Assembly (NCBI GenBank): GCA_963692865.2
Contig: OY843592.1
Coordinates: 1,184,001 to 1,248,000 of the forward strand
Direction of reading: 5' to 3'
Source of the DNA: a bacterium
Lineage (GTDB): Bacteria; UBA8248
Length of the DNA stretch: 64,000 bases
The notes under the pieces are model-generated. The model did not search any database. It was given only the letters and a program-made list of their open reading frames with translations, and was not told where the DNA came from. The first letter of the stretch is position 1; each line of letters begins with the position of its first letter. Shown here one piece after another: positions 26,071 through 35,402 of the stretch. The position numbers and the translations under genes are program-made.

Positions 26071-27197
26071 GGCCGTCCTCCGATCAGGTTCGTTTGCCAT
26101 AGTTCGCCGGTAGTGAAGCTGTCATCCAGCCATGCTTGGTAATCGTCCGATTTGAGTTTACGGAATTTCGTTCGCCCGTCCTGCAATTCCAGCACGAAAA
26201 TCTCGTCGAGATCGAATTCATCGACGAGCAAGGGAGATTGCGTCGCCACGAAGATCTGTCTATCCACGGAGAGGCTCTTTATCATGCCGCCGACCAGGGA
26301 GACGGCCGCGGGGTGAAGCCCCAACTCGGGCTCGTCCAATAGCAGAATGTTGGGCAACATCCCGGATGGCAGATTGAGCAGTGTCGCCAGGGCGAAGAAG
26401 CGGAGCGATCCGTCGGAAGTCAAGTGCGCGCCGAAGGTCTTGTCCATTCCCTGGGCTTTCCATCGAAGCAAGACTTTTCCGTAGCTTTCCTCGATCTCGA
26501 AACGGTCGAATACCGGCAAAATCCGTCGAATCTGGTTGTTGATCCACTCGAATCGATTTATGTCCTCCCGCTCCAGGCGATGCAGAATGGCCGCCAGGTT
26601 GCCGCCGTGAGCGCGGAGGTAGTTGTTATCCTCCACGTCCCATCTTTTCTTGAAATTGGAATAGTTGGACGTGTCGTGAAATTGATAGACGGAACACTCG
26701 CGGAGCAGGTTCACAATCACTCGTGCGGTTGCAGGGTTGAAATCCTGAGGCTTGACGGCTTGCGCCGCCTCGACAATCTTGGCTTCTTCGTGCGTACCTC
26801 CCAAAGAGTACCATGGCGCCTCGCCAGTATGGTCATTTCCGTTGAATCGGAAGCACTCCTCGCTGAAATATAAGCTATCGGTATCCGCATGGGAGAGTTT
26901 GAATTGATAATCATTTCGGCCTTTGTCGGTCCGCATTCTGATTTCGGCCTCGATGCGAGAGGTAACGCGGTTGCCGCCGAAGAGTTGATCGTCGGCTCCT
27001 CCTTGAATTTTGACGAACTCGGCGAATCGCCGGGAGCGAAGCATCCAGCTTATCATCTCGAAGAAGCGGATGAAGTTGGATTTTCCCGAGCCGTTCGCGC
27101 CGATGAACACGGCGGCTTTGGGTATGTCGTTCACCTCGACGTTCGCCAAGGATCTGAACCCGCGGATATGCACGGATTCAATCGTCGTTCCGCTCAT
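26067..27197 (-). CDS. ABC-type ATPase (AAA_21/OLD-like) of a predicted defence system
   Basis: IRGFRS, Walker A GANGSGKS, signature SDGSLR, Walker B LLLDEPELGLHP and H-loop ATQSP. Confidence 0.9.
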   Translation of the reverse strand: MSGTTIESVHIRGFRSLANVEVNDIPKAAVFIGANGSGKSNFIRFFEMISWMLRSRRFAEFVKIQGGADDQLFGGNRVTSRIEAEIRMRTDKGRNDYQFKLSHADTDSLYFSEECFRFNGNDHTGEAPWYSLGGTHEEAKIVEAAQAVKPQDFNPATARVIVNLLRECSVYQFHDTSNYSNFKKRWDVEDNNYLRAHGGNLAAILHRLEREDINRFEWINNQIRRILPVFDRFEIEESYGKVLLRWKAQGMDKTFGAHLTSDGSLRFFALATLLNLPSGMLPNILLLDEPELGLHPAAVSLVGGMIKSLSVDRQIFVATQSPLLVDEFDLDEIFVLELQDGRTKFRKLKSDDYQAWLDDSFTTGELWQTNLIGGRP

Positions 27198-27416
27198 TGG
27201 CTGCAAATCCTCCTTTTCTAGCCCGGCATCCTAACGATTATAGCCTGCCGACGCCAGTGGTTATTCACGCCCGATATGAACGGAGCAAATGCGGAAGCGC
27301 CGGTTTTTCCGGTATGGGTGGTCGCCAACGCGCCCCTGCGCGCCTTCCCCGAGTTTTGGGATCGACCCTCAAAGGGGAGTATTTTTCGCCGACGACCGGA
27401 GAGGGATTTTGCTCTT

Positions 27417-27442
27417 GTAGGGGCGGACCCGCGTGTCCGCCC
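27417..27442. repeat. GTAG-type REP
   Basis: GTAGGGGCGGACCCGCGTGTCCGCCC; a family-A fragment lies nearby at 27364-27380. Confidence 0.75.
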
Positions 27443-27454
27443 GGCGTCGTTTCC

Positions 27455-27583
27455 GACCGGGGAGGGATCGTTTTCGGCGTTTTTGGATGCTTTCGGGTGA
27501 AAATTCACGTCGCTTGGGCGGATTAAGCGGCGATTCAGTCAAAAAATGAGAAAAATCATCTCCCGTGATTCATCTTTGCTGAT
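27455..27583. repeat. Diverged direct repeat, copy 2
   Basis: Aligns with 25159-25301 with substitutions and one gap. Confidence 0.8.
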
Positions 27584-27604
27584 GAGCGCACAAGCGTCGC
27601 CGCG

Positions 27605-28276
27605 TCACCCCGCCGCGAGCTTGGCGGCTTCGCGGATTGCTCTGGTCAGACGGCCCACGGTAGTCGAAGGGTTTCCGTATGGATTGCAGCCTTGTTCGCG
27701 GTTTTGAAGTTGTCTTTCGCCGCGTTCTTCGGCGTCTTCGACTCTGGCGAACATCTCGTCGCAGTCGGGCGTTTTCCCGGAATCCCTGTCATATTCCGGT
27801 CGCAGGGATTCTAAGATTTTCTGCATCTTGTGGCGGTTTTCTTCCCGGTCGTGGTCTGTTTCGTGCAGTATGAGCCAGAGTTCGAAACACGGGTTCGAGC
27901 GGCCGACGTTGACGCCGCCTCGTTCGCAAAGCGCCACCGCTTCGTCGAAGTGAGGATGTTCGTCCCGGTCGAACACGGCCCAGACCTGGTCGTTTTCCTC
28001 GAACGAATCTATTTTCCTGCGTCTGCGCCGAGCGATTCCCAATTCCCGGGCGTGCTCGACGGCTTTTTCCGCGATGGTGCGGGGAACGCCCAGATCACCT
28101 ACTGCTTCTATGGAAATGAGGGTGCCTCTGTAGGCGCGTTTGATCGCGTCGAAATAGGCGGGTTCCGTATTCTTGCCCTCGCAAAACAGGATGAAGCGCC
28201 GCTTCGGCTCCCGTCGATAGCGGGGACGCCTCAGGTTCGAGGTTGCGCGTCTGGCGGCCTTAGTTCGACGCGCCAA
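27605..28276 (-). CDS. RloB family protein (AbiLii-like, TOPRIM fold)
   Basis: ILFCEGKNTEPAYF, VWAVFDRD, SNPCFELWLILH and NPSTTV motifs. Confidence 0.9.
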   Translation of the reverse strand: MARRTKAARRATSNLRRPRYRREPKRRFILFCEGKNTEPAYFDAIKRAYRGTLISIEAVGDLGVPRTIAEKAVEHARELGIARRRRRKIDSFEENDQVWAVFDRDEHPHFDEAVALCERGGVNVGRSNPCFELWLILHETDHDREENRHKMQKILESLRPEYDRDSGKTPDCDEMFARVEDAEERGERQLQNREQGCNPYGNPSTTVGRLTRAIREAAKLAAG

Positions 28277-29528
28277 GAGTTGAACCAGGAGCCGTGAAGG
28301 TATCGATGAAGGGAACTCCGCCGTAGCGGCCCTGGAGATATCCTTTCTCGATGTTGTCGCCCTTGCGGGTTCGGATGTCGGTCAAGGGGTAGAGTCGGGT
28401 CGCGCCTTCGGCGTCTTTTTCAGTGAACCAGACCTCATCGCGCCGCAGTAGCGGCGAGGCCAGTAAATTGGTGTCGTGGGTCGTCGCTATGAGTTGCGCG
28501 CCTTTGGGGTTCGTCTCCCGCGAGCAGAATAATTGCATCACCGCCTCGGCGGCTTGCGTGTGCAGGCTGGCGTTCAGTTCGTCGATGAACAAGGGCGCGC
28601 CTTCGTCGAGCGCGCGAAATGCGAGATCGAGCACGATAAGCAGCCGCCGCGTTCCGGCGCTTTCTCTTTCCATATCCAGATAAAACGGCGCGTCGCCCCG
28701 CCCACGATGGGCGAGTTCGATAGTGGCCCACTTCGGTGGCTCGGGACCGCTTATCTTCTTAAGCAGCGCGAATGCCTCCTGCGGAATCCCCAGGTCTTTT
28801 TCCGAAAGTTCGGATTCACTTAGGCGGTAGTCAATAACTCCGGTATCAATTTTTCCAAGAAAATCGATCACCCGGCCATCCAGTTCTTTCCCGGTGAAAC
28901 GCTCTGAAACTTCTTCCTCGGAGGCGGCCATGTTCTGGTCGCCGCGAATCGAGCGAAAATACGAGAATACTTTTGAAATCTGTTCATGGCCGTTTTGAGC
29001 CGCTGCGGACACGAACAGGCTGTTGGGCCTCGTCAAACCGGCGATAACTCTGTTTTGTCCCCTCAACTCGCGTCCGAAACGAAATTCATCACCTGTGCGT
29101 TCGAACAACGTCTGCCGATAGGACTTTGGAAAGGCGTAAAGCCATTCAGACTCGAACGCAGAGTCTGACGCTTCGAAGCCGTAGTGATGCCGCACGCCGT
29201 CGATGAGGAAGTCGATATCGAAACGAGACGGCGACCGGGGGCTGTCCTCATCGAGCCTGAAAGGATGGCGCGGCACCTCCCCTCCTGGCTCCCCTTTAAT
29301 TTGAGACAGCAATACCATGCCGCACAAGGTCCCCATTGCGTTGACGAGGTTGCTCTTGCCCGACGCATTGGCCCCGTAGATCACTGCCGCCGGTAAAACC
29401 CGTCCACCAGACGCTGCGGCGCACTCGATAAGTCCTGCTTCTCGTCCTTTCAGCGAAGACGCCGAAAGCGACAATTCCTGATAATCGCGTATCGAGAGAT
29501 GGTTGGAGACGCCGAAGCGGAGCAACAT
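28260..29528 (-). CDS. RloA/AbiLi-like ABC ATPase (AAA_21)
   Basis: MLLRFGVSNHLSI, IYGANASGKSN, ESAGT, FIDELNASLH, QLIATTHD, RRDEVWFTEK and YLQGRYGGVP motifs; AGGAGG RBS before ATG 29528. Confidence 0.9.
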   Translation of the reverse strand: MLLRFGVSNHLSIRDYQELSLSASSLKGREAGLIECAAASGGRVLPAAVIYGANASGKSNLVNAMGTLCGMVLLSQIKGEPGGEVPRHPFRLDEDSPRSPSRFDIDFLIDGVRHHYGFEASDSAFESEWLYAFPKSYRQTLFERTGDEFRFGRELRGQNRVIAGLTRPNSLFVSAAAQNGHEQISKVFSYFRSIRGDQNMAASEEEVSERFTGKELDGRVIDFLGKIDTGVIDYRLSESELSEKDLGIPQEAFALLKKISGPEPPKWATIELAHRGRGDAPFYLDMERESAGTRRLLIVLDLAFRALDEGAPLFIDELNASLHTQAAEAVMQLFCSRETNPKGAQLIATTHDTNLLASPLLRRDEVWFTEKDAEGATRLYPLTDIRTRKGDNIEKGYLQGRYGGVPFIDTFTAPGSTLGASN

Positions 29529-29607
29529 ATAATTTCCTCCTTTTCTTGACATTAAATATGCCAAGAAAAAGTCTAATTTGCAGAAACATAACATTTTATC
29601 AAAATAA

Positions 29608-29626
29608 AATGCAACATCTTTGCATT
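29608..29626. promoter_or_regulatory. Palindrome upstream of the RloA-like gene
   Basis: AATGCAA-CATCT-TTGCATT in an AT-rich upstream region. Confidence 0.4.
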
Positions 29627-29734
29627 GAACCTGCTCCTGTGCGCCTTCTGCGCATTTCGGGCTTGCTTCTCAAGAGGAGGAGTATATGTTGACGATGGCC
29701 AAAGCAGGAGAGATTACGAGGGTGTCGAGTTTCC

Positions 29735-29756
29735 GTAGGGGCGGCTCGCGAGCCGC
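29735..29756. repeat. GTAG-type REP
   Basis: GTAGGGGCGGCTCGCGAGCCGC, just past the DUF4062 stop codon. Confidence 0.7.
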
Positions 29757-29761
29757 TTCCA

Positions 29762-30871
29762 CTATCGCTCAATGGGCACTACTTCTTTAGAAGGAATGGG
29801 ATAAGATTCTTCGTGACCGTCTTTCCGAATCGCCCGGAGTTCAGTCATCAACGCCTCTCCATAAGAGGTGAGCTTCCAGTAGTTTTCTGTATCTTTCAGG
29901 CTTCTGCTTTTTATGCTCTTGGTTATAAGTTTCAGAGCGTGTAACTGCACTTTGATCGTATTGAAGGCATTGTTATTAGCATTGAAATTATAGAGATATC
30001 GGCCAGAGACATTTGAGTTTTCTTGAAGTGATTCGATATTCACTTCTTTGGTCATTAGGTTCAATTCGTCCGTGAGTTCGGAATCGCTTGCTTCGTCAAT
30101 CATGTGTGGAGAAAGCCGAGCGAATATCTGCGACCAAGATGCAAGATACGATGCAGTAAAGGTGTCATAAAAACGGCTTATGGCTCTGATGGAGTCGTTG
30201 GGGTCTGAGTTGGATGACCGAAAAGTATATTTTATCTCGAATTCGTCGTCGCCTTGCGCCAGGTGTACAGTTTCTTGTGGAGGCGTGGTGCTTACTGTTT
30301 CGAGTTCTCGCTCCAGTTCATCTACTTTCTTCCTGAGTTCTAGGATTTCTTTGTTTGCATCTTGGGATGGCAAGAGATCCGCTTTCACCCAACCTGTCGC
30401 GGGGTTATTCTTTATGAGCTTGATAAGGCTACGACTTACGACGGAGCCAAGGTCCGCTGGAGTTTTCCAGTAGTTGACCATCTTTTTTTGAGCAAGACTA
30501 CGAAAATCGTCTAGTTTTTTCGTTTTTTCAGAGTCTTTTTCTGTGTTCTCGGCAGGAAGTTTTCCAGGTTCCTTGTGCAAAAATGCGATTACCGGTTTCT
30601 CCTGAGAAATTGCATATTCGTATTCCAACTGCGTAAAGCTCTTCCCCTCTTTGCCAATTGAGCCGTAACGCCCGGCGATGATCACGATATAATAGTCGCA
30701 ATCGTCGATAGCCCGCTTTATCAGAGTCCATTGATCATCGTCAGCAGCGGGAAACAGCTCCATGCCTGCCGGAATGCAGTCTAATTCCAATAACGCCTGC
30801 ATAACCTCTTGGCGCGCTTCGCGAAGGTCTGTATATGTCGAGCTTACGAATACTTGATAACGCTTATCCAT
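29762..30871 (-). CDS. DUF4062 (TIR/NDT-like) domain protein
   Basis: KRYQVFVSSTYTDL...AGMELFPA...IDDCDYYIVIIAGRYGS...SFTQLEYEYA...PATGWV, followed by a coiled coil; AT-rich. Confidence 0.88.
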   Translation of the reverse strand: MDKRYQVFVSSTYTDLREARQEVMQALLELDCIPAGMELFPAADDDQWTLIKRAIDDCDYYIVIIAGRYGSIGKEGKSFTQLEYEYAISQEKPVIAFLHKEPGKLPAENTEKDSEKTKKLDDFRSLAQKKMVNYWKTPADLGSVVSRSLIKLIKNNPATGWVKADLLPSQDANKEILELRKKVDELERELETVSTTPPQETVHLAQGDDEFEIKYTFRSSNSDPNDSIRAISRFYDTFTASYLASWSQIFARLSPHMIDEASDSELTDELNLMTKEVNIESLQENSNVSGRYLYNFNANNNAFNTIKVQLHALKLITKSIKSRSLKDTENYWKLTSYGEALMTELRAIRKDGHEESYPIPSKEVVPIER

Positions 30872-31086
30872 CGGCTATTCCTGTACTGGAATGAGATACG
30901 ATAGGATTGGCTCTGCTCAGAATACATGGCAGAGCAAACATATCCCGCGTTGAAAATCGAATCAAGACGAGTTCGCTCCTCGTTCGACTTTGCCCCCACT
31001 GGCGCGACTGTGGGCTTGCGCTATTGTTTTGCAGATTCTCCCTTAAGGGAGTATTGTTTACCAACAACCGAGGGGTGAGAGATTGT

Positions 31087-31111
31087 GTAGGGGCGGGCCC
31101 CTGTGCCCGCC
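31087..31111. repeat. GTAG-type REP
   Basis: GTAGGGGCGGGCCCCTGTGCCCGCC, matching the REP at 62793. Confidence 0.75.
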
Positions 31112-31125
31112 TGCGCGGTTCGCCT

Positions 31126-33990
31126 TTAATAAGGCTTCGTGCTTTTCCCGCCGTGGACGCTCGGCTCGGCGCACCACTGGCGGCGGATGACGTCGAACTC
31201 CTCCGCGACCTCCTTCGGAACGCCGAGCAACTCCACGAGCAGGGCCTCGTCGAGGGCCTTCCTGGCGGGATCGTGGTAGCTCTCGTTGGCGGGCAGGAAC
31301 TCCGCGTCTTGGAACCGCTCGAACAGGGCGTCGGCTTTCGCGAGCATCGCTTCGTCGAATCGCCGGGGATCGATTGAAGGGACTGACGGCAGGGCGGAAA
31401 TTGTTACTCTCGTCCGCCCGAGTTGCTGCCTGGTTCCCTCCCACCAATAGCCCATCAGCCCGAGCGTCGAGTTCAGCCACAGCAGGACGGGGATTTCGTG
31501 CGCCTCATCCTCCAGGACGAAGTTCGGCCAGGCCGTGCCGCCCAGGGCCTTCTCCGGCGTCAGGCAGGCCGCCAGACTTTGCGAGTTGATCTGGAAGTCG
31601 AGCGTCAGGTGGAGTCGGGACGCGAAGCGTTTCCAGGCGTCGGCCGCCTTGGCTTCGTATCCCTCCCGGACCACCAGTTCACAATCCTCCCGCACGACGA
31701 ACGAGCGCTCCCGCTCCGCGGCGTGGCGCCAGAGCGCGGGGTAGGTGGGGACCTGACCGGGGCGCAAGGGCGCCTGGTCGAACAGCCCCCTCGGAGGCGC
31801 TCCGGTAAGGTCCCGGTGAAGGAGTCCTCGATTTCCCAATGCGTCTAATATCGTAACGGGTATATCCGTCGTTTCGTTCCGTCTCGTCGCCAAAAATTCG
31901 CCGTCCGCAAGCGAGAGCATGAATCTGGCGAGGTCGGCTTCCGCCACGCCCGCGCAGCCGCAACTGAACCGCCCGGCGTTGATGTAGCTCCCGTTGCCGG
32001 CCTCGTTTCCGACGGCGATGCGTCCGGCGCCCGCCCGGCGGTCCGCCCCGGCCATGAACTTCGCCAGCTCGACGGCCTCGACGTGATGCGCCGGACGGCG
32101 CAGGAGATTGACGAACTGGAAGGTGGATTCCCGGTCTTTGTCGATCTTTTTGGTGGCGACGACCAGCACTTCCGCCATCCCGGTGTCGGCGGAAAAAGCC
32201 CGGTCGGTCGTCCCGTCGTTGGCGATGGTTACGATGGTTACGTCCTCGTAATGGGCCTCCAGCAGGCTCCGCGCGTTGCTCCACGATTCGCCCTGGGCGA
32301 AGGTGGCGGGCAGCACCAGCGCCAGGACGCCCCCCGGCTTCAGCTTGACGTGCGCCAGGTCGATGAAGTTCGACGCCAGCCCGGCGTTGCCGTGGCCGAC
32401 GGGCTGCGCGAGGCTCTTGCGGATTTGCTTCAGCCGCGAGCTCATGGCTTTCTGCTCGTCCTCGGAAGTGTTAAAGCCCGCAAAGGAGGGGATCGGGACT
32501 TCCGCCGTTTCGTGGTTGGTCGGGTTGGTGAAGGGCGGATTCATGATCACGACGTCGAACAACCCGTGCTCGACGCCGATCTTGTTTGTCTCCTCGTTCC
32601 TGCGGCCGGAGATTCTCTTCTCCCCCAGGCTGAGAAGGGGCGTGATGAACACCTGGTCGATGAGTTCCAGCGAGCCGACGTGGGGATGCGCGTTCTCGTC
32701 GTAGCCGTAGGGCATCGTGACGATTCTGGTGGTTCCGAACACGACGCCCGGGTGGGCGTTCGACAGGGTGGACGCCGCCAGGTGCGTGGCGGCGGGCATG
32801 ATGTCGAAGGCGTAGAGGGATTGCTCGACCATGGCGGAATGAACCTCGGCGTCGTCGCGTCCCGTTCGGCGGTAGCGGGCCAGAACGGCGTGGTAGAGCG
32901 CGCCGATGAGGGTTCCGGTTCCGCAGGCGAGATCGGCGACTCTCAAACCCTTCACCTCATCCGCGTTTGCCCAGTCCGTTTGCAGTCTGGCTACGGCGAG
33001 TTCGGCGAGCAGGGTGGCGGACACCGGCAGCGTGTAGAAGGTGGCGAGGAACTTCCTGTCGGCGATGAGCTTCTGGAACATGCGACCGGAAAGATCGTTC
33101 AGCCCCGTCGCGCCCATGTCCGCCAGTTCGGACGCTTTCCCGTAAAGCAGGTTCAGGATTCTGTTCGCCTGGATCGTGGAGATGTTCCTCAGCAAATCCG
33201 ACGCAATCTTGAAGATCGGCCAGTAGTTGACGTTGTTGATGATCCACAGCCAACAGTCGATGACTCTCGAATTGGTGAATCCGAACTCGCCCTTCAACGT
33301 TTCGTGTGAGGGTATTCCCTGTTGTCCCTCGATGCGGGTGTGAAACACGGCGGCGTTGGCGATGATGGCGGCCGCCATGCGGTTGGTCTGCTCGCCCGGC
33401 GACTGGTGCAGATGTTCGGCGATTCTTCGGTGTATGCTCTCGTCCGCCGTCTTCAGGATGTTGGCGGCCTGGGTGACGCCCAGTTCGAGAACGTCCGTGG
33501 TTCTTGATACGAGGGATTCGGACAGGCTCGCCGACTCCAGGCAGTTCGCCACGTTGTCGATATTTCCTTCAAGCCAGCCCGTCTCGGGCCACCTTTGGCT
33601 GCCCCCGCCTTTGGTTTCGGAATAAATACAATAGGTGAAATTCGCTTGCCTGACGGCGTCCTCGATTCCGCTTTGCGCGATGGTTCGCAGTTCGGACGGA
33701 ATCCGAAGCGCGATGGCGTTCTCTATCGTTCTGCCGTCGCTCGCCAGTTGCTCGCCCAGGCGGGAAACGGCGTCCTCCTCCACCGTGGCGGCGGGGGTGA
33801 ACTCCGTCTCGACCGCCACCGGCGAGGTTCCCGGAGGCGAGAGTATGATGTCGGGCTGTTTTCCCGCCGCGCCTTGCAGGACGTGGGTCTGTTCGACGCC
33901 CAGGGCGTCTTTCCAGAGCGGATGCTTACCGCGCAGCACGTCGCCGAACGCGAAATTGAAAGCCTGCTCCGTCGTGGACGCTCTTTCCAT
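31126..33990 (-). CDS. Type IIG-like restriction endonuclease / amino-methyltransferase fusion
   Basis: N-terminal QPDII...VETE nuclease-like motif, ATFYT, motif I DLACGTGTL, motif IV MNPPF, LKPGGVLALVLP and a C-terminal TRD-like region; start taken at ATG 33990. Confidence 0.75.
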   Translation of the reverse strand: MERASTTEQAFNFAFGDVLRGKHPLWKDALGVEQTHVLQGAAGKQPDIILSPPGTSPVAVETEFTPAATVEEDAVSRLGEQLASDGRTIENAIALRIPSELRTIAQSGIEDAVRQANFTYCIYSETKGGGSQRWPETGWLEGNIDNVANCLESASLSESLVSRTTDVLELGVTQAANILKTADESIHRRIAEHLHQSPGEQTNRMAAAIIANAAVFHTRIEGQQGIPSHETLKGEFGFTNSRVIDCWLWIINNVNYWPIFKIASDLLRNISTIQANRILNLLYGKASELADMGATGLNDLSGRMFQKLIADRKFLATFYTLPVSATLLAELAVARLQTDWANADEVKGLRVADLACGTGTLIGALYHAVLARYRRTGRDDAEVHSAMVEQSLYAFDIMPAATHLAASTLSNAHPGVVFGTTRIVTMPYGYDENAHPHVGSLELIDQVFITPLLSLGEKRISGRRNEETNKIGVEHGLFDVVIMNPPFTNPTNHETAEVPIPSFAGFNTSEDEQKAMSSRLKQIRKSLAQPVGHGNAGLASNFIDLAHVKLKPGGVLALVLPATFAQGESWSNARSLLEAHYEDVTIVTIANDGTTDRAFSADTGMAEVLVVATKKIDKDRESTFQFVNLLRRPAHHVEAVELAKFMAGADRRAGAGRIAVGNEAGNGSYINAGRFSCGCAGVAEADLARFMLSLADGEFLATRRNETTDIPVTILDALGNRGLLHRDLTGAPPRGLFDQAPLRPGQVPTYPALWRHAAERERSFVVREDCELVVREGYEAKAADAWKRFASRLHLTLDFQINSQSLAACLTPEKALGGTAWPNFVLEDEAHEIPVLLWLNSTLGLMGYWWEGTRQQLGRTRVTISALPSVPSIDPRRFDEAMLAKADALFERFQDAEFLPANESYHDPARKALDEALLVELLGVPKEVAEEFDVIRRQWCAEPSVHGGKSTKPY

Positions 33991-34292
33991 GCAGCGTAAT
34001 CTCCTTGGGTCCACCTGCGGGCGAGGCCGGGTTGGTTCATTTTCAGCAAAACCGGCAGCCGGATAATACCCTGTATCGGCCCGTAGCGTAAGACGCGCGC
34101 GGGCGGCGGCATGGCGATCGCCTTTATTCCTGAAAACGGATGATCCACGGCTCCGGGGCGGACGTGGGCGCATTCCCCTACTCGGGTCCCTCCCCCATCA
34201 CCCGCGGCGCGGTTCGGATTTTGACGAAGCCCTCCTCCGGCATCATACTATCGCCGGGGTGCCCTTTTTCCGTCTTGCCGCGGGGGTTTTTC

Positions 34293-35066
34293 ATGATCAC
34301 GCGATGGCCGAGCCGCTCGCGGCGGTTTTTCGCCGCCGCCTGCATTCTCCTGACGCTCTGCCTGGCGCGCCGGGCCGCGAACGCCGCCGAGGGGATATAC
34401 GCCGGAATCGCGGTCGAGCAGGCGAGCGTCCGCGTGGATTACGTCAAATCCGCCGGAATCGACGCGCCGCCGCCCTCCTACAGGGAGGCGGAAGACGACG
34501 CGCGGGACGCTATCCGCTCCCTCCGGGCGTTCGCGGGGTACCGCCTGCGGCTGCCCGGACGATTCTATCTTTCGGGCGAGGTCGAGGCCGCCATTTACCC
34601 CGAGGGGGGCGTATCGGGGTTTCTGGAGAAGGGAACCGGCGCGGGAGACCGCGACGTATGGCGCGGAGCTTGGACTTTCGAGAAGCGCAGCGGCGTCGGC
34701 TTCAACGTCAAGGCGGGGTACGCGCCCGAGTCCATGGATTTTCTGGGCGCGGGCCGCTCGCTCTACCTGCTCGCCGGAATGCGCCGGCTCGACGCGCGGG
34801 TCGAGGCGGCGCACGACAACGGGCAGGGGATATCGGGCGTCAGACGCGAGAACGTCGCAGCGACCCCGTGGCTGATCGGGGCCGGGGTGGAATTCGGAGG
34901 CGCGCGGGGCCGGTTCGACTTGCGGGTGAGCTACGCGCGCTACGATTTCGGTTTCGGCGGCGGCGGGGACGGCTCGGCCTTGAACAGACCGAGGCTCCGC
35001 TACGGGTTCGACGCTTCGGAATGGAGCGTTTCCCTGGGTTACGTCTGGTCGTTTTCAAGCGATTAG
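34293..35066 (+). CDS. Outer-membrane beta-barrel protein with signal peptide
   Basis: Signal ...LTLCLARRAANA|AEG; amphipathic strands FAGY, VKAGY, GAGVEF, LRVSY; terminal VSLGYVW. Confidence 0.7.
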   Translation: MITRWPSRSRRFFAAACILLTLCLARRAANAAEGIYAGIAVEQASVRVDYVKSAGIDAPPPSYREAEDDARDAIRSLRAFAGYRLRLPGRFYLSGEVEAAIYPEGGVSGFLEKGTGAGDRDVWRGAWTFEKRSGVGFNVKAGYAPESMDFLGAGRSLYLLAGMRRLDARVEAAHDNGQGISGVRRENVAATPWLIGAGVEFGGARGRFDLRVSYARYDFGFGGGGDGSALNRPRLRYGFDASEWSVSLGYVWSFSSD

Positions 35067-35169
35067 CGGCCCACCGGCCCGCGACGCCGCGAGCCGCCCC
35101 TGCGACGGCTTCTCCCTTTTCGCGGGTGAGCCGCAATCCCCTCTCAACCGGAGCAACCCCTCCCTCCTC

Positions 35170-35402
35170 GGGGTTGTTGGAAAAGTCCGATGCGGCGCCA
35201 TCCCCTCCTCGCCCTTCGCGGCCCGCCGCTCCGCCTCACCCTGAGTAGCGGCGAAGCCGCGTATCGAAGGGCGAAATTCGCGTCCCGCCGGCTGGATGCG
35301 TTCCCCCATCCTTCGATACGGCGCTTACGCGCCTACTCAGGATGAGGAAAGAGGCGTCGGCGGGTTGCGGGGGTCGAAGACGAGGGGTTTTTCAACAGCC
35401 CC
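35170..35402. mobile_element. MITE carrying a family-B repeat pair, inserted into the 3' end of the DUF523/DUF1722 gene
   Basis: TIRs GGGGTTGTTGGAAAA / TTTTTCAACAGCCCC; flanks TCCTC / GCCTC (4/5 match to a TSD). Confidence 0.75.
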
